From the NCBI RefSeq assembly GCF_037042905.1, contig NC_087245.1:36334001-36398000 (forward strand): 64,000 nucleotides of DNA, in the 5' to 3' direction. Positions 58,195 through 64,000 of this stretch are shown in pieces (positions within the stretch are counted from its first letter, which is position 1; every line of letters begins with the position of its first letter). The DNA is from Lytechinus pictus (Eukaryota). The position numbers and the translations under genes were made by a program. Below the pieces are notes generated by a model. The model saw nothing but the letters and a program-made list of their open reading frames with translations. It ran no database searches and was not told the DNA's origin.

Positions 58195-58451
58195 CTCCTA
58201 AGAAAAAAAAACATTGGGTAAAAATGCTCCATGAGGGTAATTTTGTGTCCAACCAACATTGGGCATTTCTTTTGGGCATTATTATTCATCCAGTGTGATT
58301 AAATTTTTGCCCATTCTAAAGCAATTGCTGCTTTTTTTTTAAACCTTATTGGACAATACGCTTCCCGCACTGGGTAAAATACTGCCCAAAATTGGTTGGA
58401 CAATAATTACCATCGTGCTGGTTAAAATTTTACCAAATATTTTTTACAGTG
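58195..58451. mobile_element. EnSpm-like MITE, degenerate left end
   Basis: aaaaaacattgggtaaaaat ... aattttaccaaatattttttacagtg with internal inverted symmetry. Confidence 0.55.
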
Positions 58452-59824
58452 TATGTCTATTTTCAAAATTGGATATTAGAATGCAATGCGATGTATAATA
58501 CTCTTAGAATGTCTATGCTTTTACCTGCACAGAAAAGAAAGAAAATGATCAGAATTCTGTAATGAATCATTGACGATTTCAAACTATATGAAAAACTAAA
58601 TTTCATTTTGGATGACCAATTGTGGGGTTTGAGACGAGTAGCCAGAGCTACAACATTCATGTTACTGCAGCTACATAACATGTTTAATTAAAAAAAAACA
58701 CAAGAAAAGGTTTTAAGACAATGGTTATACAAGTCATAACAATATTTATTTCTACTTTCATTGTAACATGCATGATTTGACTAACAAAAAACAAAACCAT
58801 TAATGAAGACTGGTTAAACTGGTATCTTCAAATTACTTGGGAGGAATGTTACAAAAATTGAATTTGTTTCTTGAAATTAATGTTAACTTCAACTGGGATA
58901 GTTTCATGGGCTGACGATGGGTAAAATAACAACAGAAAGATAATCCAAAATGGAAGCTTTAATCAGAAATATGTGGACCATTACCAAATTGAAAAACACA
59001 AAAAATTGATGAGAAAATTTCAGTGACTCACAAACAGATACCTAAAAGTAATTTTGACTAAATACACAAACAAATGAAATTCTATAACGGAAAAGGCCAT
59101 GCAGTGAGCATAACTGTTGTAAACGATCTTATACATACATGTAATGTGGAGTTACAAATAGATCGTCTCAGAAATCACATTCCTTTAAGATACATATACT
59201 TTCAAAGCAAACCCTGTTTATTTTCAGTGACCTTTAACAGAACTTTAACCTAAAACTGATCTCAGGAATAGGGGGGGGGGGGGGTTAAAGCTGGAGTGAC
59301 AGTGAGTAAACAAATATGAACGAAAGCTACAATGACTAATTGTGTACCTAATGGCACCAGCGCCCGATGTCCATTTCAACATAGTATACACAGTACACTT
59401 GTTTCTAATCATCAAGGCATATTCATCCATGGCACCAACAAATGCTAGTCTATAAGAACTCGGTGCATGCATACATTTTCTTCTTCTTCTACAAAAGTAC
59501 CCCTGTTGGGACATGCCCAAGGCCATGTGTCCCCTTCCATTGTTGCTGCAGTTTATCATAGCACATCATTGAAAGCCTGCCTGGTTGTGGTGCGAGTAGA
59601 CCAACTGAAACTTGTTTGCAATGTGAATGAGCTCTGACAGAGTTAATTGTTACAAAAGTTGGAATCTTATGATGTATCGATCAGAGGGGGGGGGGGGGGG
59701 GCTAAGGGTTAACTTCAAATCACATTATAAATTCCAAGTTTTGTTGAGTACACAAGTTGGCACAACATGATCATGCTCAAATATGGCACACGGTCTTGAA
59801 TTAATCAATTAGAATACCAGGGGG

Positions 59825-60039
59825 GGGGGGTGTTTCACAAAGATTTAAGTATGACTTAAGACGCACTTATATGCTGACGCGTACATAATATGCAACGCGC
59901 GATCTTATTGATAGACACGCAGTAGTGCGCGTCCTCATGACACGATCTGACCAATGCGGTCAAGCCTTTTATACTGTAAGCAACTTGGTATTTAAGTGCG
60001 ACTCTTAAGTCATACATGAATCTTTGTGAAACACCCCCC
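59825..60039. mobile_element. Palindromic MITE (Harbinger/ISL2EU-like termini)
   Basis: GGGGGGTGTTTCACAAAGATTTAAGTATGACTTAAG ... CTTAAGTCATACATGAATCTTTGTGAAACACCCCCC. Confidence 0.8.
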
Positions 60040-61371
60040 AATATGTATTAAATAATTTGCTCATTGGCACTTAAGCATAACTTTGATGTCACACTTAGAT
60101 CTTTGTGAAACACCATCCACTCTCATTTTCTTCATTGAAATGCAAGATAAACGAAGTTCAGCTCACCACAATTCAACCCCTATTTCATAATATGTTAGTT
60201 CATGACAAGTGATTATAAGAAGTTTTACAATCAACGTACACTGCATTGTGAAATGAAACAAGCAAGATTTCGGCTATCATAAAATCAAACAGCCAGAAAT
60301 ACACACACACACACATGTATACAAAATAAAAATAAAAAAGTTAGATTAGGAAAGGCTTCGGAACAATAATTTCCTTCTACATTTTGAAATTTGAATTAAG
60401 TTTGTGACATGTTCTATGCTGAGCTGTGGAAGTGAATGTGAAAAAGGCTACTTTATCTGGCTGCCAACAAAGCATTCTAGATTGAGACTAGTCAAACAAC
60501 TGAGAAAAAATAACTATAACACTGGAACAGTTAATAAATGACTTGAATGCGACGAACATCTAAATAACAATCCGATCATATAATTAGCCCGTCTCTTGAA
60601 AGTTACATCATAGTTGAAAAATGTATACGGTTAAAATTCTACTTCAGTTAACTTAAGAGGAAGATGAAATTTGAGTTTAATCTCTCAAGAAGCTTCTGAA
60701 ATAGCATGCATATGTGAATTAATAAAATCTTCTTATATACTTATTTATACCTGAACATTACTAATCCTTGCAATGAAAAGTAAAGTTACCTGTCATATCA
60801 TCCTCTCATCATATAATATATGCTATTTGCTGCTCTCCTATAATGCTATGTAAAGTACATGTAATACTTCAATTAAAACAGGACCAGCAAGAATTTGATC
60901 ATTATTTGTTTTATTTCTGGTGCATAAAACCTTCCGCAAATTATCTGTACTGATATACATGTATATATATATGTATAGAGATATATGACTCTTCAGTCAT
61001 GTATCAACAATGACCCATAGATCAAATACGATATAGTGCACCAATGTGGCTAGGAATACTGCCACATTGCTAATGAAGAGCATCAATGCAACATGATTTC
61101 TTGAAATTTTGTCTAAGACTTTTGCGCTGTGCTGACATACGTTTGCCTCCGTTGATTCGCTTCTAAAATCGTGAGCAGGAGGAGATCACATTTGTGTAAA
61201 ATCTGCAATTTTGATCAGAGGGCATTGGATGGCATATACGTTTGAATATGCCTCTCATGAAATAATAGAACTCGTGTTTGGTGCATGAATGAGAGAGATC
61301 GTTGACACCTCCCCGAATTAGAATGTATGACGTACGTGTAGACCGAGTGCCGAGTGTGCATGCGTGGAGGT

Positions 61372-61518
61372 TTAAAAACCGTGGACCTGGACTTGGCTCT
61401 TCTTGCATATGCCGACTTGTGTTAAGAAATCGTTTATGCTGGTACGCTTGTCGCCCTGTAACTGAATCACCTGGCCGTACTCTAGGTGATCCACCACAGT
61501 ACCATTGCATGCAAATTC
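61372..61518 (-). CDS. EIF1: eIF1/SUI1-family translation initiation factor, last coding exon
   Basis: Acceptor ctctacag, then EFACNGTVVDHLEYGQVIQLQGDKRTSINDFLTQVGICKKSQVQVHGF-TAA. It joins the upstream exon in phase 0 and ends with the canonical HGF C-terminus. Confidence 0.95.
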   Translation of the reverse strand, partial: EFACNGTVVDHLEYGQVIQLQGDKRTSINDFLTQVGICKKSQVQVHGF

Positions 61519-61769
61519 CTGTAGAGTAGATAGATGAGAGAAAACGCAGATACATGTTTATCCTGTATTGGTCAACCCCCCATGAGACAAATAATTGCAT
61601 ACATATAGGCCCAAGCAATCTAACGAGATGATACATCTCGTTAGATGTTATTTGCCTCTTCTAAATTGAATTTTTCCATGACACAGAAGACCTACATAGT
61701 CGTTAGACACTACATGTAATAGGCAGAAAAGCAAATTCCTTGTTTTCACGTGAAAATTGAGTACATGTA

Positions 61770-62380
61770 TGCCCCCTCAACACTTCGCGCGATATTTCCG
61801 AAATGCAAAAAGATAGCGCCACAAATTTTTTGACTTTTTTCTTTGAAGTCTCGCGCAACTTTTGAGACCAAATTCGCAACATACGGGTATAGCATCACGG
61901 CGCCACATGACTTTTTATGAGACAATGTCATGCCGAAAATGGTTCATTTTTATACTTTGTGTACAAAGTCTATGGGAGATGAAATTCATAAAAGGGTGAT
62001 TATTTTTCGTTCTAATTGTCTGCTCGATTAGTTTAGGGTTTAATTTATTTGTTACATGGTCTATAACTTCAATTGGAAAAAAACAATAAAAAACGAAAGA
62101 TAAAAAACAAAGAAATATATAAGATATTCTAAAAACAAAGAAATACATAAGGAAAAATTTGGCTTTCGCAATTTTTCTTTGTGGAAACCTTAAAATTAGA
62201 TTACAAAGATGACATCTGGAGAGAAAAAAGAGAGAAAATTTGAAGTGAAATTGGGTGTTTAATATGCAAATGTTTTTCACAAATAAATTTGCATACTTTA
62301 TTCATAATAACTAAAAAATAATTTTCAGAATTGTTTAAATACTGGCTTGTAGTTTATGTTGTAGAGAATGTGCATGCCGA
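61770..62380. mobile_element. Transposon fragment in the eIF1 intron, related to 37960-38456
   Basis: gccccctcaacacttcgcgcgat...ctttgaagtctcgcgca resembles the reverse complement of ~38330-38416. The right boundary is approximate. Confidence 0.45.
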
Positions 62381-62429
62381 ATTCCAGTTTCAGTCAGTTT
62401 CATTAAATAGATCAATAAACTTTCAATTA

Positions 62430-63012
62430 TTAGTGACATTACAAATTTACCCTCAACATGGTGAAATTTCATTGACCCTAAATGACCTATGATCTTAATC
62501 ATGTGACCAGAAGCTCATGCAAGACGATAAGTGATACTTGATTACCCTTATGTGTTATGTCCAAGTTTCATGAACCAGATCCATAAACTTTTAAAATTCT
62601 GATGACATTACAAAAATACCCCAACATGGTCAAGTTCATTGACCTTGAGTGACCTTTGATCTTAATCATTTGGGCTAAAACTCAGGCCAGACAATCAGTG
62701 ATGCTTGATTACTCTCATGTCCAAGTTTCATGAACTAGGTCCATAAACTTTATACGTTATTATGACATCTCAGATACTTAACCTTGGTTAAGATTTCATG
62801 TTCATTTAACATGGTCAAAGTTCATTGACCCTAAATAACCTTTTACCTTAGTCATGTGACCTGAAACTTCATTAATCTTATGTCCAAGTCTCTCTCATGA
62901 ACTAGGCCCATAAACTTTTTAGGTTATGATTACATCCCCCCCTCAAACTTAACTTTGGTTTAAAGATATCAATGTTAATCAAGGTTCAAGGTTAACAAAA
63001 CAACTCTGTCTC
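62430..63012. mobile_element. HINE-like fragment (copy C) in the eIF1 intron
   Basis: Same aagttcattgaccctaaatgacc...atgtccaagtttcatgaac units as 26335-27412. Confidence 0.75.
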
Positions 63013-63053
63013 ACCGGATTCCTTAGTCAGTGATCGCTAATTAATTCACTTAC

Positions 63054-63150
63054 CTTTTTACATACTTTCAGGATTTTTTTAAGATCATAAGCATCATCAT
63101 CTATCCCTTGAATGGTAGTAAGAGTTTTCCTGCCGTTTCGCTGTTGGATG
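63054..63150 (-). CDS. EIF1: eIF1/SUI1-family translation initiation factor, internal coding exon; 5' exons lie beyond the window end
   Basis: 97-nt exon between a pyrimidine-rich acceptor (tttcctttttggtccag) and donor AAG|GTAAGT. It translates as (R)IQQRNGRKTLTTIQGIDDDAYDLKKILKVCKK, the eIF1 RIQQRNGRKTLTT signature. Confidence 0.95.
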
Positions 63151-64000
63151 CTGGACCAAAAAGGAAAAATAAGATTACTTATTGCCATCGTACGATTTCA
63201 TGCATTGAGCATTAAAACACAAAGCAATATATAGAGGCCATACACAGATGGTACGATGACCCTGGTTTGCTGATCAAACGATAGCCCTGCGCCGATTGTT
63301 GGATGTTTGTAAAATAAACCATGCCCCTAGGCTGATCGTACGATGCCCACACAATCGTACCATTGTGAAAAATCTGTAAGCTTTGCGCTTAGCCAATTTC
63401 CAAGAGAATCTTTCATATCAGAACTGCAACAATCACTTTAAGACCTATATTTCCTCATCTGTATATAAACTTTCACAAGTTAAACCAAGAAGAGCATTGA
63501 AAATAATAGTCATAGAGCAGGGTTTCTCAATTATCTTGCTTGAATACAGACCTGCCAACCTCTGGGAATGAAAAATTATATTATATGATTTTTTTAAAAG
63601 TGTATTTTTCCCCAAAAAAAGTGTATTTCATAATAAATGCGTGGCGCACTCTCTCATCGCGGCGCTCAAATTGCATGCCAGCTAAAATGCGCATAGCTCT
63701 TGCAGATGAAAAAAAAACATTTAAATATGTGTATATCTCACCCTGGTTTTAACAAAATGATTGAAAAAAAAAAAAAAAAGTTACCTGAAATTACATTGAT
63801 CTAATAACCATATTTGTGTAAGTTTTATGAAATAGAGACATATACTGATATAGAGATGATTTTTCTCAATAAATTATGATTTTGTAAAATAACTCATTAT
63901 TATTATTTTTTTTAAACAAACATATTTTTAAAGAAAAAACGTACTGCCATATTTTGTTTTTTGCAAAAACGTACTAAATACGCCAAAAACGTACTGGTTG

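Noticed and set aside
61163..61636. 157-aa minus-strand ORF in the track
   Set aside because: It overlaps the eIF1 last exon in the wrong frame.

Overview
AT-rich eukaryotic (metazoan invertebrate) genomic DNA; the repeat families look echinoderm/sea-urchin-like, but this is inference only. The only protein-coding gene I can identify is the 3' part of a spliced, minus-strand eIF1/SUI1-family gene (exons 63054-63150 and 61372-61518). It is absent from the ORF track and has unusual substitutions (GDKR for GDQR, a one-residue insertion). A second, unidentified minus-strand gene probably starts in a CpG-rich region at about 28.3-30.2 kb and runs leftwards through a CpG-poor domain. Most of the window is repetitive DNA: a decayed hAT-type transposon with long TIRs and a 7-bp TSD, TTAA/Kolobok-type MITEs, Academ-like foldback elements, Harbinger-, hAT-, EnSpm- and Helentron-like non-autonomous elements, a three-element nested insertion, SINE fragments, an inverted ~210-bp satellite, a 52-bp minisatellite and compound microsatellites. 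Nearly all ORFs in the supplied track appear spurious. No CRISPR array, rRNA or intact tRNA was found. Superfamily names come from terminal motifs and TSDs, not from database searches.
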